Assembly (NCBI GenBank): GCA_003697085.1
Contig: RFFU01000040.1
Location: 3,133 to 67,132, forward strand
Length of the DNA stretch: 64,000 bases
Reading direction: 5' to 3'
Source of the DNA: Candidatus Hydrogenedentota bacterium
Lineage (GTDB): Bacteria > UBA8481 > J006
The first letter of the stretch is position 1. Each line of letters starts with the position of its first letter. Positions 63,968 to 64,000 of this stretch are shown one piece after another. A model generated the notes under the pieces. It was given only the letters and a program-made list of their open reading frames with translations. It searched no databases and was not told the origin of the DNA. The position numbers were made by a program, and so were the translations under genes.

Positions 63968-64000
63968 CACGAAACCGATAATTTCAACCCAGCGCCCTTA

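Overview
This is a high-GC (about 60%+) bacterial segment, apparently from a diderm organism: outer-membrane beta-barrel proteins and a type II secretion pseudopilin operon are present. The window holds five blocks. (1) 1-2710, minus strand: hyuB (5' part only) and hyuA, the hydantoinase/oxoprolinase pair. (2) 3107-21981, plus strand: a Bacillus/Spirochaete-style flagellar export and motor operon, flbD-motA-motB-fliL-fliM-fliY-fliO-fliP-fliQ-fliR-flhB-flhA-flhF-flhG, then three unassigned genes, fliA (sigma-28), fapA and two small unknowns. Many junctions in it are 4-nt GTGA/ATGA stop-start overlaps. (3) about 22000-27500: a lower-GC island with a beta-propeller-like hypothetical, a Cys-rich small protein, an IS1634-family transposase broken across three frames, and one further unknown CDS. 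(4) 27578-55435: fumC, then a large alpha-glucan (starch/glycogen-type) utilisation locus. It holds a secreted protein with an unusual C-terminal tail, a two-permease ABC sugar importer with a lipoprotein binding protein, a beta-barrel OMP, a barrel fused to an N-terminal CBM48 glycogen-binding domain, a CBM48 lipoprotein, an S8 subtilase with a LamG domain, a GH13 glycosidase, a single 3471-codon ORF (about 3420 aa from the probable start) for a multidomain surface enzyme, and a co-encoded secreted partner. (5) 55507-63782, minus strand: tRNA-Glu(TTC), tRNA-Pro(GGG), a kinase with an N-terminal ATP-cone domain (a ~90-aa ATP/dATP-binding regulatory fold), two membrane proteins, and a type II secretion operon gspG-H-I-J-K-L-M whose gspH and gspI N-termini look anomalous. 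The window ends with a near-consensus sigma-70 promoter driving a 37-aa ribbon-helix-helix-like ORF. A purine-rich repeat family (CACGGAAG / GGCAAAAGG units) recurs at three intergenic sites. No rRNA or CRISPR array is present. All functional calls rest on motifs I recognise in the six-frame translations; I ran no database searches.
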